A stretch of DNA of 64,000 bases, from the IMG/VR virus record IMGVR_UViG_3300010885_047555, one strand, 5' to 3'. Position numbers and translations under genes: made by a program. Source of the DNA: an uncultured virus (IMG/VR IMGVR_UViG_3300010885_047555). Its lineage: Duplodnaviria; Heunggongvirae; Uroviricota; Caudoviricetes. Below, in pieces: positions 47,066 through 57,512 of this stretch (the stretch's first letter is position 1; each line of letters starts with the position of its first letter). Under the pieces are notes generated by a model. That model saw only the letters and a list, made by a program, of their open reading frames with translations. It was not told the origin of the DNA and did not search any database.

Positions 47066-47131
47066 TCGCTGGACGGCACCTAAAAGTGCTATCTATAAAA
47101 TAACATACTTTTCAAACCACTAGGACTATAT

Positions 47132-47530
47132 ATGGCTGTAAAAATTAAAAAGGGAGAAGAAAAACACATCCAGCTGTCCAGCAGACTCATGGATGTTCCA
47201 CTCAGTCTTGGATTGCCATCGGTAGAAGATTTATGGATAGAAATATCTACTTATGTCGACATTTTATTGGGCAGAGAAGAATCTCCCATAGACTCGCCGT
47301 ACTTAGCCTTGGCAGAATGCGCTACGGCATACTATTCTCGCGCACAAGAAATAGATATGTTAATACATTCAGCGGAGCGAGAAGGAGCGGTTATGAGAGG
47401 ATCTAGTTACTATAAATTCAGAACTGGTGAACTGCGTTCGTTTATTGAATTGGCAAAGAAATGTGCTGAACTTGGCTCCAGAAGATTAACCCAAGAACAG
47501 CTTCTGCAACAACAAAGATTTGAGGAATAA
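47132..47530 (+). CDS. hypothetical phage protein
   Basis: AGGA RBS; helical; YYSRAQEI and KFRTGELRSF motifs. Confidence 0.7.
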   Translation: MAVKIKKGEEKHIQLSSRLMDVPLSLGLPSVEDLWIEISTYVDILLGREESPIDSPYLALAECATAYYSRAQEIDMLIHSAEREGAVMRGSSYYKFRTGELRSFIELAKKCAELGSRRLTQEQLLQQQRFEE

Positions 47531-47715
47531 TGAAAACTGTTTATTTTTGTGTAGCGATTTCAATAGGATTAGTTATTGTTGCTATAACTCAAACAATGCC
47601 GACTAAATCAGTTCCTTCTGTAACGCAAACACCAACTGTATCTTCTACGCAGACACTTAACATCCCAACACCTGGTCCAAAACCGGCTGGCGACGATGGT
47701 GAAAGCAATGGCTAA
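47530..47715 (+). CDS. small membrane/secreted protein
   Basis: N-terminal TM, Pro/Thr-rich tail; TAATG coupling. Confidence 0.55.
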   Translation: MKTVYFCVAISIGLVIVAITQTMPTKSVPSVTQTPTVSSTQTLNIPTPGPKPAGDDGESNG

Positions 47716-48073
47716 AGGGACAATGGACGCTACAATAATTTCAGCAATTTCAGTAACATGTTTTATTTTTGGTTTTTCTTTAAGTGCCTATATGTCGTAT
47801 TTATCTAAAAAAATAGAAAATAAAACTAGTGAAGAATTTGAAGTTGGAATAAGAAAAAAAGCCGCCATGGAGTTATCAATGCACGCATATTTTCAGCTTG
47901 GAGAAGTTGTAGATAAAGAACTTCTGCAAGAAATGTCATCAGAATTAATTGGCTTTAACTTAGGCTTGCACACAGCAGGTTTAATTATCAACAGCGAGCC
48001 AGGCTCACGACTATTGATAGTAGAAAAAGTAAGCGATGATGGAGAAATTGTCTACGACGTGGAGAAAACGTGA
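47696..48073 (+). CDS. membrane-anchored hypothetical protein
   Basis: N-terminal TM; start may be 47708. Confidence 0.55.
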   Translation: MVKAMAKGTMDATIISAISVTCFIFGFSLSAYMSYLSKKIENKTSEEFEVGIRKKAAMELSMHAYFQLGEVVDKELLQEMSSELIGFNLGLHTAGLIINSEPGSRLLIVEKVSDDGEIVYDVEKT

Positions 48074-48648
48074 CTACAATAATTGCAGTACAAGGCACTG
48101 GCTGGGCAAGCATGGGATACGATTCAGCCGTGACAGAAGCTCATAAAAAATCAATAGTAAAAAATTCTAAATATTTTAAGCGCGGTGAGTTTCACGTTGT
48201 ATTTGCTGGAGACTTAAGAGCGGGACAGATTATTTCAAATGAACTAATTTTACCGTCATCTAAAAGTATTGTCACCTACGAAGAATTTGATAAATATATT
48301 TATTCTGATTTCATTGGTTCATTAATCAATGTATTAAAGGATAATGATGTAGAACTGACAGAAGAAAAAGGGTGGCCAATTGAAATGCTTGTCATGTGGA
48401 ATGGAATTGTATGTGAAGTAAGTTCCGATCTATCTTTTGGTAGAGAAGACAGAGGAATGTACGCTCTAGGAACGGGCCAGGGATATGGCTTGGGAGCGTT
48501 ATCCGCGTTGTACAGCGGAGGAACACAAAAAAGCGCTAATGAAGCAATTAAACAAGCGCTTACAATCGCATCTGAATATGATGCTTATACAGGGCTACCA
48601 GCCAATGTAATATCAACAAAATTAAAATCCAATTGGAAGGATATATAA
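48070..48648 (+). CDS. Ntn-hydrolase threonine protease (HslV/proteasome beta-like)
   Basis: N-terminal (M)TTIIAV, DS, K, FAGD, YALGTG..YGLGAL, AS.YD.YTG. Confidence 0.8.
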   Translation: MTTIIAVQGTGWASMGYDSAVTEAHKKSIVKNSKYFKRGEFHVVFAGDLRAGQIISNELILPSSKSIVTYEEFDKYIYSDFIGSLINVLKDNDVELTEEKGWPIEMLVMWNGIVCEVSSDLSFGREDRGMYALGTGQGYGLGALSALYSGGTQKSANEAIKQALTIASEYDAYTGLPANVISTKLKSNWKDI

Positions 48649-48649
48649 A

Positions 48650-49171
48650 ATGGCACTACCAATTAAAAACGGAAAGATAACTAATCCGTACGGAATTAAA
48701 GGTAACCTTTGGTCTTCGGGTCGTCACCAAGGAGCAGATTTTGCTACTCCCACCGGCACTCCACTTCTATCTGTTTCTGACGGAACAGTTGTCGGTGTTG
48801 GCCAATGCTGGGGCCCAGCTTTTGGAAATCATCAAGTAATCGTTCATTATGTAGTTAACAAGCTTAACTACTGGGCCATTTATGCGCATTGTTCGGCAGA
48901 TTTTGTAAAAGTTGGTCAAAAAGTGAAGATGGGCGACAAGATTGCTCTTAGTGGGGCAGAAGGAAACGTAACTGGTCCTCACCTGCATTTTGAAGTTCAC
49001 ACTGTTGACCGGTGGGACAAGAAAACAGACATCAACCCACAGTTTTTGTTTGACTTAAAATCAGCTTCAAAAGAAGTCGCATTGAAGAAGGCGGCAACCG
49101 CTAAAAAGGTCACACCCACGGTAAGAGAAATAACTTCTGCTTTAAAGTCTAAAAATATTAAAAGTGAATAG
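48650..49171 (+). CDS. M23 peptidase, probable endolysin
   Basis: H.G.D (HQGAD), YAH, G.VTGPHLHFEV. Confidence 0.9.
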   Translation: MALPIKNGKITNPYGIKGNLWSSGRHQGADFATPTGTPLLSVSDGTVVGVGQCWGPAFGNHQVIVHYVVNKLNYWAIYAHCSADFVKVGQKVKMGDKIALSGAEGNVTGPHLHFEVHTVDRWDKKTDINPQFLFDLKSASKEVALKKAATAKKVTPTVREITSALKSKNIKSE

Positions 49172-49228
49172 GAAGGTTTAGTAATCTTTATGTAGCCAAG
49201 CTCACAAAACTACGTAGAGAGAGCACTA

Positions 49229-49525
49229 ATGCAATTCACACTCGACCAGATTCTTGGTTTTTTTGGAGTTCTTCTAGCTTTCTTTTATGGAATGTATAAT
49301 CGCCGTGTGAGAAAGCTAGAAGATTCCATTGAAGAAATTAAAGACATTACAATCGAAATTAGACTGGAAACTAAAAATAATCACGGTAGCTCACTGCGTG
49401 ATCAAACTGACAGAATTGAAGAAAGTCAAGAAAAAACAAATGAGAGACTTAACGGAATCTCAATAGTTTTGGCGAAACTTCAAGGCAGATTTGAACAGCA
49501 CATGGAGCATACCGAGAAGGGATAA
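49229..49525 (+). CDS. membrane protein after the endolysin (holin-associated, DUF2746-like)
   Basis: One TM, NHGSSLRD..DRIE and coiled coil. Confidence 0.65.
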   Translation: MQFTLDQILGFFGVLLAFFYGMYNRRVRKLEDSIEEIKDITIEIRLETKNNHGSSLRDQTDRIEESQEKTNERLNGISIVLAKLQGRFEQHMEHTEKG

Positions 49526-49527
49526 CC

Positions 49528-49776
49528 ATGAGTATTGCCGAGAGACTCTCTGAAGTAAGAGAGGACGGTCCGCCTTGGCAAACATGTTCCGTCCACTGGG
49601 TAAAAGAAAAACTGGCAAAAGAAGAGCAAACGGCGCTTGAAACGTTAATTTTTGAAAGAACAGTATCTTTTCATGCAGTAGCTAAAATCATAAAAGAAGA
49701 AGTCGGAGTAAGCGTCAGCCCCAACGCAATTTCTAGACACTGTCGCTCCCTATGCAAATGCGAGGTGTCAAAATGA
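49528..49776 (+). CDS. small HTH/Zn-binding protein
   Basis: C.V...ISRHCR..CKC; typically precedes phage phosphoesterases. Confidence 0.65.
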   Translation: MSIAERLSEVREDGPPWQTCSVHWVKEKLAKEEQTALETLIFERTVSFHAVAKIIKEEVGVSVSPNAISRHCRSLCKCEVSK

Positions 49777-50963
49777 GTTTTGCCGAAAAATTGAACGATT
49801 TACGTTCTCCAGGCAACCAGCCAGATCCTAAAAAGAGCGCTCCATCTGGCTGGGAACCTGGAATTAAATACGAACCAAATGGCGAATGGACCGTCACCAC
49901 AACTCCACAGCCATCTCTAAGCGATCCAGAATCATGGAAAGCGGCCGTTGAATCGCTTGGTATTGAGGTACCAGAGGGTTGGTCTGTAAGGCTTGTAGAA
50001 GCCAGATACGATCCAGCAGCGTGGCATAGAGACGAACCAGGTGAAGATGCTTACACAAAAGCAATTTGGCGTTACAAGTTCTCAGTTCATCCATCGGTAA
50101 ATATTGCCAATGTTGATGAGCTTTTGTTGTTTTTGGACAAAAGAAAAGACATAAAGCCTTTAGTGCAAACCAAAGACGATACCTATGTAGTCACCATCTC
50201 AGACATGCAATGGGGAAAGGTTGATGGGGGCGGTTCACAAGAGATTTTAGAGAATTTAATGACTTCACACGTAAAGTCACTAGAGAGATTTAAAAAACTC
50301 CGCAAAGACGAGAAAATCGACAAAGTGCTGATTCTTTTACCTGGTGACTGCATCGAGGGAACACAAAGCGGCGGCGGTATGAGGCTCTCACGTTTAGATT
50401 TGACTCTTACTGAAATGCTAAGGCTATATCGCAGAACCACGCTCGCAATCGTGCAGGATTATTGCAACACCGCGTCATCGGTCACTGTTGTAGTGGTACC
50501 GGGAAACCATGACGAAGCAATTAGAACCGGCAACAGCCTTAACACGACATATGACGATAGCCATGCGGTAGAGGGAGCTTCAATCGTAGCCGATACGCTT
50601 GACGCCGCTGGATATAAAAATGTGCATTTCATATTCCCACAAAAAGACGAGCTTACTTGTGTGGTGGAAACATCTGGGGTAACCGTGGGACTCGTTCACG
50701 GACACCAAACACGAGGAAAAATGCAAAACTATCTTGCTAACCAAGCGCTTGGTAGACAATCCATTGGAACTGCAGACATTGTTGTGTCTGGGCACTATCA
50801 CCATTTCCACGCTCAACAACTTGGACCAACATGTTGGTTACAGGCCCCTGCACTTGATGGCGGTAGTACGTGGTTTAGGCATTCAAACGGAGTAGAAGCA
50901 CCAAAAGGCATGCTTACATTTGTAGTTGGCGGCGGATACTGGCGAGGTTTGGAAATTTTGTGA
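49773..50963 (+). CDS. calcineurin-like metallophosphoesterase (Mre11-like nuclease)
   Basis: SDMQWGK, GDCIEG, PGNHD, HGH, GHYHH. Confidence 0.88.
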   Translation: MSFAEKLNDLRSPGNQPDPKKSAPSGWEPGIKYEPNGEWTVTTTPQPSLSDPESWKAAVESLGIEVPEGWSVRLVEARYDPAAWHRDEPGEDAYTKAIWRYKFSVHPSVNIANVDELLLFLDKRKDIKPLVQTKDDTYVVTISDMQWGKVDGGGSQEILENLMTSHVKSLERFKKLRKDEKIDKVLILLPGDCIEGTQSGGGMRLSRLDLTLTEMLRLYRRTTLAIVQDYCNTASSVTVVVVPGNHDEAIRTGNSLNTTYDDSHAVEGASIVADTLDAAGYKNVHFIFPQKDELTCVVETSGVTVGLVHGHQTRGKMQNYLANQALGRQSIGTADIVVSGHYHHFHAQQLGPTCWLQAPALDGGSTWFRHSNGVEAPKGMLTFVVGGGYWRGLEIL

Positions 50964-51421
50964 TTGTCTGGGGAGCAGATTTGGGAGTCAGATCAGTTTA
51001 CCTGTGTAAATGGGAAGACGGAAAGGTCGACCACACCTTTTACAATATCAAAAAACCAAAAGATAGATGGAAAGAACTTCAAGAAATTACTCTAATGATT
51101 AAAAATACAATCAAAGGAGATTTATTATTTGTTGAAGAACCTGTGGTCGCTGGAGTAAGAAACTTAAGAACTTCACTAAAAATTGCGCAAAACGCTGGCG
51201 CGGTGTTTGCTGGAAGCGGTATTCCTGCTACATTTGTCCCAGTTTCCTCTTGGAAAAAAGAAATAGTCGGAAAAGGTAACGCTAAAAAAGAAGAAATAGC
51301 AGAGTTCTTAAAAATAAAACATAATGAAATGTGGGCAAATTGCAATGAAGACCAAAATCTTATCGACGCCACTTGCGTTGCCTTATACGGAGTCAGTGAA
51401 TGCCAGAAAAAAGATGGGTAA
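50960..51421 (+). CDS. ruvC: RuvC-like Holliday junction resolvase
   Basis: GADLG, VEE, WKK..VGKGNAKKE, D.N..DA. Confidence 0.85.
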   Translation: MIVWGADLGVRSVYLCKWEDGKVDHTFYNIKKPKDRWKELQEITLMIKNTIKGDLLFVEEPVVAGVRNLRTSLKIAQNAGAVFAGSGIPATFVPVSSWKKEIVGKGNAKKEEIAEFLKIKHNEMWANCNEDQNLIDATCVALYGVSECQKKDG

Positions 51422-51891
51422 ACGCAGAGGAGTTTCTGCGCAATACCAGCGATGACGATTCTGACTTTTTTGAGCCAGAAGACACGGTTGACCGAGAAGA
51501 ACTCAAAGATGTCTTAACGCGATATTTAGAGCTTTTAACTCCGGAATGGCACAAAAAAGCCGCATGCGTTGGAATGGACGACAGCATATTTTTTGGCAAT
51601 AAAGACATCGAAGTAAGACCAGCGCTTACTGTTTCAGAAATTAGATACGCAAAATCAATTTGCCTTAGTTGCGAAGCAATTTCTGATTGCTTTAATCACG
51701 CTATCACGTCTCGAGAGCGTTATGGTATTTGGGCTGGAATATCCGGTAGAACGAGAGCTAGAATTTTTGCGCTAATTGATTCGGGACAAATTACTGAAAA
51801 AGAAATCCTTAAAGAATTTAAAGATGGAAAAATAGATAAATACGAAAAGGTAAAAACTTCAATAGTGGACATATATGACGAAGAAGAATAA
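51400..51891 (+). CDS. whiB: WhiB-family Fe-S transcription factor with acidic N-terminal extension
   Basis: W...AAC......FF...AKSICLSC....DC...A.....RYGIWAG. Confidence 0.9.
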   Translation: MPEKRWVNAEEFLRNTSDDDSDFFEPEDTVDREELKDVLTRYLELLTPEWHKKAACVGMDDSIFFGNKDIEVRPALTVSEIRYAKSICLSCEAISDCFNHAITSRERYGIWAGISGRTRARIFALIDSGQITEKEILKEFKDGKIDKYEKVKTSIVDIYDEEE

Positions 51892-52333
51892 TGACGCTGA
51901 AATGGTTCCAATGTCAGAGGAGCCTACCGATCTTGAACGATCATTAGTCGCTCATAAACTACGGCTTTCTGGAATGACCTGGCAAGAAGTAGCCGATAAA
52001 GCTGGATATCCTAGCGATGCAGCAGCAAGGGTAGATGTTAGAGCATTCCTGCAAAAAGCTTCCATGGAAATGGAACGTTCAAGCAGAATTGAGGCTTTAC
52101 AATATGAAGTTGACAGACTAGATCAACTTCAAAGCGCAATTTGGGGCGCCGCAATAACTGGAGACTTGAAGACAATAGAAACTATATTAAAAATTATTTC
52201 TCTTAGATCTAAACTGATGGGACTTGATACTGCATTCGACGACCATTCTGGCAAAACAACCACTATCGTTGTTCCAATGGATGCAGCATCATACGTAAAG
52301 ACGTTAAAAAGTATCTCGGGCTATCCTGAATAG
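51875..52333 (+). CDS. HTH protein, probable terminase small subunit
   Basis: LRLSGMTWQEVADKAGY...RLD.L..AIW.A..GDLK.IE..LKI...R.KLMGLD. Confidence 0.7.
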   Translation: MTKKNNDAEMVPMSEEPTDLERSLVAHKLRLSGMTWQEVADKAGYPSDAAARVDVRAFLQKASMEMERSSRIEALQYEVDRLDQLQSAIWGAAITGDLKTIETILKIISLRSKLMGLDTAFDDHSGKTTTIVVPMDAASYVKTLKSISGYPE

Positions 52334-52409
52334 TCACATAAAGAATAATAGAGTTGGTTAGGTCTGGCTCTTGTGGGCAAAGTCAGGCCTAACCCTTTTA
52401 GGAGTATAA

Positions 52410-53102
52410 ATGCCGAGCAATAGTACGCCTCGTATCGGCCAGCGCCCAAGCACTTCAGGCATTAGCCTTCCTGCCGGCGTTATCACATTCGTAGATGCAA
52501 CAAATAATACTATTAATTTTATTACGCAAAATGGGCAATATATTTCTGGTGTAAAAGTCCTAGGAAGCAATGTCCCATATGTTATTGGACAACACATTGT
52601 CTATGCGAACGATACTGCTGGAAATACCGTTGTGCTTGGAACGTGGGACTCACAACAAAAAATAAATACTCAGTTATACGCATCCGTCTATAGAGGCACT
52701 GGAGCTACAGCACAAAACACCACTACTTCGGGTTCTGGTACTACAGTTAACTTCAATCTAGTTACCTCTGACGCATATTCCATGTGGAGCACAGCAAATA
52801 ATGAATTTACCGTTCCAGTAACTGGTATTTATAATTTAAATTGTTGCGTAGCCTTCGATAGTGCTGTTAACTCAACTGGATATAGAGCGGTATATATCAA
52901 TGTATCTGGAAGCAATCAGGCGCTCAATAGAGTTGCAACTGCGCCAGCGGTTGATACATATATGAATTTATCTACAACATGCAAAATGTTGGCTGGGGAA
53001 AAAGCGCATGTGTCGGCCGTAAGTTCAACGGCAGTGGTAATTCCTATCCCAACAGGCGGAAACTTAGTAAACTTCACTATCAGTTACATCGGGCCCGCAT
53101 AA
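52410..53102 (+). CDS. virion protein with C1q/TNF-like C-terminal domain
   Basis: VNFN.V.SD...MWST..NEFTVPVTGIYNL...V.F pattern. Confidence 0.6.
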   Translation: MPSNSTPRIGQRPSTSGISLPAGVITFVDATNNTINFITQNGQYISGVKVLGSNVPYVIGQHIVYANDTAGNTVVLGTWDSQQKINTQLYASVYRGTGATAQNTTTSGSGTTVNFNLVTSDAYSMWSTANNEFTVPVTGIYNLNCCVAFDSAVNSTGYRAVYINVSGSNQALNRVATAPAVDTYMNLSTTCKMLAGEKAHVSAVSSTAVVIPIPTGGNLVNFTISYIGPA

Positions 53103-54613
53103 TGGCTAAGTTCGTTCTCTCGCGCCTACCAGAGACGGACGACGAGCTTTGGCACGTTGTTCACGCAATGTGGGGTGTCACAATCCCGAGACATAAGGTT
53201 TGTCCAGATCATGTAGCTCCCTTTGATGCCTTTGCGGATGCTTACTTCGGCAGGGACGGAACCATTAGCTTGTGGCACGGCAGCCGAGGACTATCCGGAA
53301 AATCATTTACTCTATCAATTCTTGGACTAACAAAAGCCTTTTTATTGGGAGCTGACTGTAACCTACTGGGAGGGTCATTAGCTCAATCTGCCAACATTCA
53401 CAACGCCATGCGTGATGCGCTTGACTCAGAAAATGCCCCTAGAGACATGCTTACAATGGAATCTAAAACTGAGGTTAAGGTTACCAACGGGGCAAAGATT
53501 AGACCGCTAACTGCTTCACAAAAGACAGTGCGTGGCCCTCACCCTCCATTTCTGCTTCTAGATGAAATAGACGAAATGGATATTTCAATCCTCGATGCCG
53601 CTTTGGGCCAGCCAATGCCTCAAAAGAACTATCTCGGGGAAATCATTCAACCGTACACCGTTCTATGTTCAACTTGGCAGAATCCTGTAGGAACGTTCAC
53701 AGAGATAAAGAGACGCTTTGAAGAGCGTGGATTACCTGCCAAAACGTGGTGCTGGCGGGAATCAGCTAATCCCATTGATGGATGGCTCTCAATGGAAACA
53801 GTAGAACAAAAACGTCGGGAAATCCCTGCAGAAATGTGGAGAGTTGAATACGAATTAGGTGAACCATCTATTGGTAACCGTGCATTTGATTCTGACGCCA
53901 TCGAAAAGACATTCTGTTTGCCACTTGAGCCTATTTACGAAAAAACAGCCAAAGACTTCGAGGAGTACACCTTCGAAGGGCCAATGCCAGGTGGTGAGTA
54001 TGTTGCAGGTGCTGACTGGGCAAAAGAGCGAGACTATACAGTCATTGCTGTCATGCGTATAGATGTTCAACCATATCGTCTTGTTTACTATATGCGAGTA
54101 AACCGAAGACCGTATCCAATGATGGTGGGGTGGTTCAATACAGCCATTCAGATTTATAATGCTGACGCTATCCATGATGGCACTGGTCTTGGAAACGTAG
54201 TAAACGACTATCTAGATTTAAGAGCCAGATCATTCCTGATGACAGGTAAAAATAGAGATGACATGCTGTCCGAGTATGTTTCAGCAATTGAGCGTGGCGA
54301 GTTTGAGCTACCAAAGGTTCTTACCCTGTACACTGCACACAAATACGCTCAGGTTGGAGATCTTTATCGTGGAGGACAATCATTCCATTTACCAGACGAA
54401 GTGTGTGCTCTAGCATTATGTAACAGATTGATAACTAAAAGAATTCCGGCAGTTACAATTCTTGGTGTTCCTAAAAATGGAGAGCCGAGTAAGTATGCAA
54501 AAGATTTAGATCCACCAAAAAATAATCAAAGTGATGGAATTATTAGCATGGGTGAAGGTGAAGTTCGAGTTAAAACAGATAGAGACGGAAACAGTTTCAC
54601 CCTAATGGTATGA
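53102..54613 (+). CDS. terminase large subunit
   Basis: GSRGLSGKS Walker A variant, LLLDEIDE, GADWAK..DYTV, DGTGLG, HLPDEV; likely start ATG 53102 (TAATG). Confidence 0.92.
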   Translation: MAKFVLSRLPETDDELWHVVHAMWGVTIPRHKVCPDHVAPFDAFADAYFGRDGTISLWHGSRGLSGKSFTLSILGLTKAFLLGADCNLLGGSLAQSANIHNAMRDALDSENAPRDMLTMESKTEVKVTNGAKIRPLTASQKTVRGPHPPFLLLDEIDEMDISILDAALGQPMPQKNYLGEIIQPYTVLCSTWQNPVGTFTEIKRRFEERGLPAKTWCWRESANPIDGWLSMETVEQKRREIPAEMWRVEYELGEPSIGNRAFDSDAIEKTFCLPLEPIYEKTAKDFEEYTFEGPMPGGEYVAGADWAKERDYTVIAVMRIDVQPYRLVYYMRVNRRPYPMMVGWFNTAIQIYNADAIHDGTGLGNVVNDYLDLRARSFLMTGKNRDDMLSEYVSAIERGEFELPKVLTLYTAHKYAQVGDLYRGGQSFHLPDEVCALALCNRLITKRIPAVTILGVPKNGEPSKYAKDLDPPKNNQSDGIISMGEGEVRVKTDRDGNSFTLMV

Positions 54614-54662
54614 CACATCGTGGATAATAAGTATGAGAATGCTATGCCTATAGGAGTATTAA

Positions 54663-56297
54663 ATGTCCGTTAGCGGAGAATTTCTTGCCAATATCACGGA
54701 CACAGCTCTGCCTGGAGACGGTATCCCACAGAACGTCAATCCAATGGCCGAACTCGGTATCACGGGTCTTAGACGCTTTTCCGGTTATGTTGATGAAGAA
54801 TTCCTACCACAACTGCGTGGTCGTAAAGCCGTACAGGTTTACAAAGAAATGGCAGACAACGACCCAATCGTGGGAGCGTTGTTATTTGCTATTGATCGCC
54901 TTGTACGTCAAGTAGAGTGGCGCGTAGAGCCGGCATCTGGCTCCGTGGAGGCTAAAGCAGCAGCCAAGTTCGTTGAAGAGTGCATGGAAGATATGTCTCA
55001 TACTTGGGACGACTTTATTGCCGAAGTAGCTACCATGAACATTTATGGTTGGTCATGGCACGAAATCGTATATAAGCGCCGTGTAGGTATGTGGGAAACA
55101 GACCCCAAGAAGCGTTCAAGATTCTCAGATAACAAAATTGGCTGGCGCAAGATGCCTATCCGCGCACAAGAAACGTGGCTGCGCTGGGTATTTGATGAAT
55201 CTGGTGGCGTAAAAGCGTTAGTACAGCTTGCCCCACCGCACTACAAATTGGTAGTTATCCCAATCGAGAAGTCTCTTTTGTTCCGTACTACGGTAACAAA
55301 GAACAACCCAGAGGGCAGATCCCTACTGCGTAACGCTTACCGCCCGTGGTACATGAAGAAACGCCTTGAGGAAATTGAAGGTATTGGTGTAGAACGTGAC
55401 CTTGCCGGTCTTCCAGTAGCAAAGGTTCCTGCCGCGTATTTGAATGCCAAACCAGGTTCTGACCAAGCAAAGATGGTTGATGCATTTCGGAAGATGGTTC
55501 GCTCTGTACGTAGAGATGAACAAGAAGGCATCATCCTCCCACAAGCATTTGACCAAGACACCAACCAGCCGTTATTTGGATTTGAGCTCCTGACCTCGGG
55601 TGGCGGGCGCTCATTTAATACTAACGAGATTATCCAAAGATATGAGCAAAGAATGCTTATGTCTGTATTGGCCGACTTCATCATGGTAGGCCATTCGGGC
55701 ACTGGTTCATATGCCCTCCATACGGACAAGACAGGCCTTTTCAGGGCCTCAATGAACTCCATCACCCGTTCTATTGCCAACACCCTAAATAGACACGCTA
55801 TACCACGTCTATTCGCCATTAACGGGTGGAAGACTGACGAGCTACCTAAGTTTGTACCTGGAGACATCGATCCACCAGATTTGGGTCAATTGTCGCAGTT
55901 TATGACCTCTATGACTTCAGCCGGAGCGAACTGGTTCCCAGATGAGCAACTAGAGAAGTTCTTGCGCAATGCTGCACGCCTACCAGAGATGGGCTCGGAC
56001 GAAGAAAAGGTCAAGGAAGAGATGACCCGACAGAGTCTCATTATTCAGCAGGCAAAGCAGCAGCTTGAAGCCCTACAACTACAGCAACAAGCACAACAGG
56101 GAATCATGTCTACCCAGACACAAGAACTCGGTCTGCAACAACAACAGCAGGCAGCCGCACAAACACCAGAACAACGGGCAAATCAAGCGGCAAAAGATGA
56201 CGAAAACCATTCTTTGCAGTCACAAAAGCAGCAACTAGATATTGAAGCACAGAAGAAGGAAATGTCTAAGACCGCCCCTAGCGACAAGAAGAAGTAA
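54663..56297 (+). CDS. portal protein (Mu gp29/DUF935-like) with Gln-rich tail
   Basis: YKEM..NDP.VG, YGWSWHEIVYK, NPEGRSLLRNAYRPW..K, GVERDLAGLP. Confidence 0.92.
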   Translation: MSVSGEFLANITDTALPGDGIPQNVNPMAELGITGLRRFSGYVDEEFLPQLRGRKAVQVYKEMADNDPIVGALLFAIDRLVRQVEWRVEPASGSVEAKAAAKFVEECMEDMSHTWDDFIAEVATMNIYGWSWHEIVYKRRVGMWETDPKKRSRFSDNKIGWRKMPIRAQETWLRWVFDESGGVKALVQLAPPHYKLVVIPIEKSLLFRTTVTKNNPEGRSLLRNAYRPWYMKKRLEEIEGIGVERDLAGLPVAKVPAAYLNAKPGSDQAKMVDAFRKMVRSVRRDEQEGIILPQAFDQDTNQPLFGFELLTSGGGRSFNTNEIIQRYEQRMLMSVLADFIMVGHSGTGSYALHTDKTGLFRASMNSITRSIANTLNRHAIPRLFAINGWKTDELPKFVPGDIDPPDLGQLSQFMTSMTSAGANWFPDEQLEKFLRNAARLPEMGSDEEKVKEEMTRQSLIIQQAKQQLEALQLQQQAQQGIMSTQTQELGLQQQQQAAAQTPEQRANQAAKDDENHSLQSQKQQLDIEAQKKEMSKTAPSDKKK

Positions 56298-57512
56298 ATG
56301 ATTAGTGCCTTTGGGATAGAACATGGCGTAGCAATTGTAAAGGCTGAGCGTTATGACCCTAAAAAACATAAAGTACTGAAGCCTGGTTATCATTTAATGG
56401 TCGAAGATCATGGGGCCAACAAAGGGGCTAGACGCACTAAAACTGTTTTAGCGGATAATGAATTACGCAATTACAACTTAAACAGGGCCGTTAGCACTTA
56501 TGAGCAAAAAATACAGCGTAAGGTTACTAAGCCTGAATTTGAAATGCTAAGACGCGAACAAATAAAGGGAATTTGGCGCCCAAATCATCATACCTCTAGG
56601 AACAGTTCTTCTACAGGTATAGACAGAGAAAACGTAAACGGAATTAATGACACTAGCAGCAATTACGACACTAAACGTTTTTGGACCGACAAAGAAAGAA
56701 TTGATAGGGATCAAAAGCTAAGAGCGGCACTTAAAACACGTCGTAAAAAGATTGTAAAGTCGTTTTTATCTGTAAACGGTCCAGACATGGGAACTTCTAA
56801 GCCAATTACGTCAATGTCTACAAACGAGCGCGCTAACTTGCGTTCGAGCCTTATAAGACAAACGGATGCACGTAAACAGAAGAAAATCTTTACCGGTCCG
56901 TTGAAAAGGCCATTTGACGCGTCTAAACGACCTAATGAAGTATCTGAACAATTTAAAAATCGTTCGCGGGTAAAACGTACAGAGGCAAGAGAACTGCATT
57001 TGTCACAAAAACCAGCAGAAGCCGTAGAGGTTCTACAAAGAGCTAAGTTTGCACCATCAAAAAGTCAAATGCTTAAAATTGGTTTGAGTTCTGCTATTGC
57101 TAGCGGAGCGGCAAGAGAACTAAAAAGGCGTCACAGCGTTTCTAAGGCTATGAACAAGAATAGAAGAGTAGACGCTGGTATCGGAGCTGCTGGAGGCGCA
57201 AGCGCCATGGTGGCGGCAAATGAAGTAGGCGGATGGGCAGCAAAACGCTCAATTGAGTCCTATAGACATAAGAACTGGGACAACAAGGTACATAATCCAA
57301 TCTGGTCAGAACACAGAAAGAAATACGGTGTTGAACAGGCAAAAAGTGGAAAAGTTCCGCTGGAGTTTTTTGAGAAGTATCCAAAGGCATTGCCTGGCAG
57401 TAAGGCAACGAGAATTCTAGCAATTAAAAACAGACCGAGCGTAGCCACTGCAAGTATCACAAGCGCTGCAGCACTAGGAGCAGCGTTAGCTTCGAGGAGA
57501 AAAACCAAATGA
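56298..57512 (+). CDS. basic modular putative internal head protein, N-terminal SAFGIEH
   Basis: MISAFGIEHGVAIVK; modules end in a hydrophobic segment plus basic residues. Confidence 0.6.
   Translation: MISAFGIEHGVAIVKAERYDPKKHKVLKPGYHLMVEDHGANKGARRTKTVLADNELRNYNLNRAVSTYEQKIQRKVTKPEFEMLRREQIKGIWRPNHHTSRNSSSTGIDRENVNGINDTSSNYDTKRFWTDKERIDRDQKLRAALKTRRKKIVKSFLSVNGPDMGTSKPITSMSTNERANLRSSLIRQTDARKQKKIFTGPLKRPFDASKRPNEVSEQFKNRSRVKRTEARELHLSQKPAEAVEVLQRAKFAPSKSQMLKIGLSSAIASGAARELKRRHSVSKAMNKNRRVDAGIGAAGGASAMVAANEVGGWAAKRSIESYRHKNWDNKVHNPIWSEHRKKYGVEQAKSGKVPLEFFEKYPKALPGSKATRILAIKNRPSVATASITSAAALGAALASRRKTK

Noticed and set aside
56040..56260. Gln-rich portal tail as a separate repeat element
   Set aside because: Low-complexity coiled-coil coding sequence within the portal ORF
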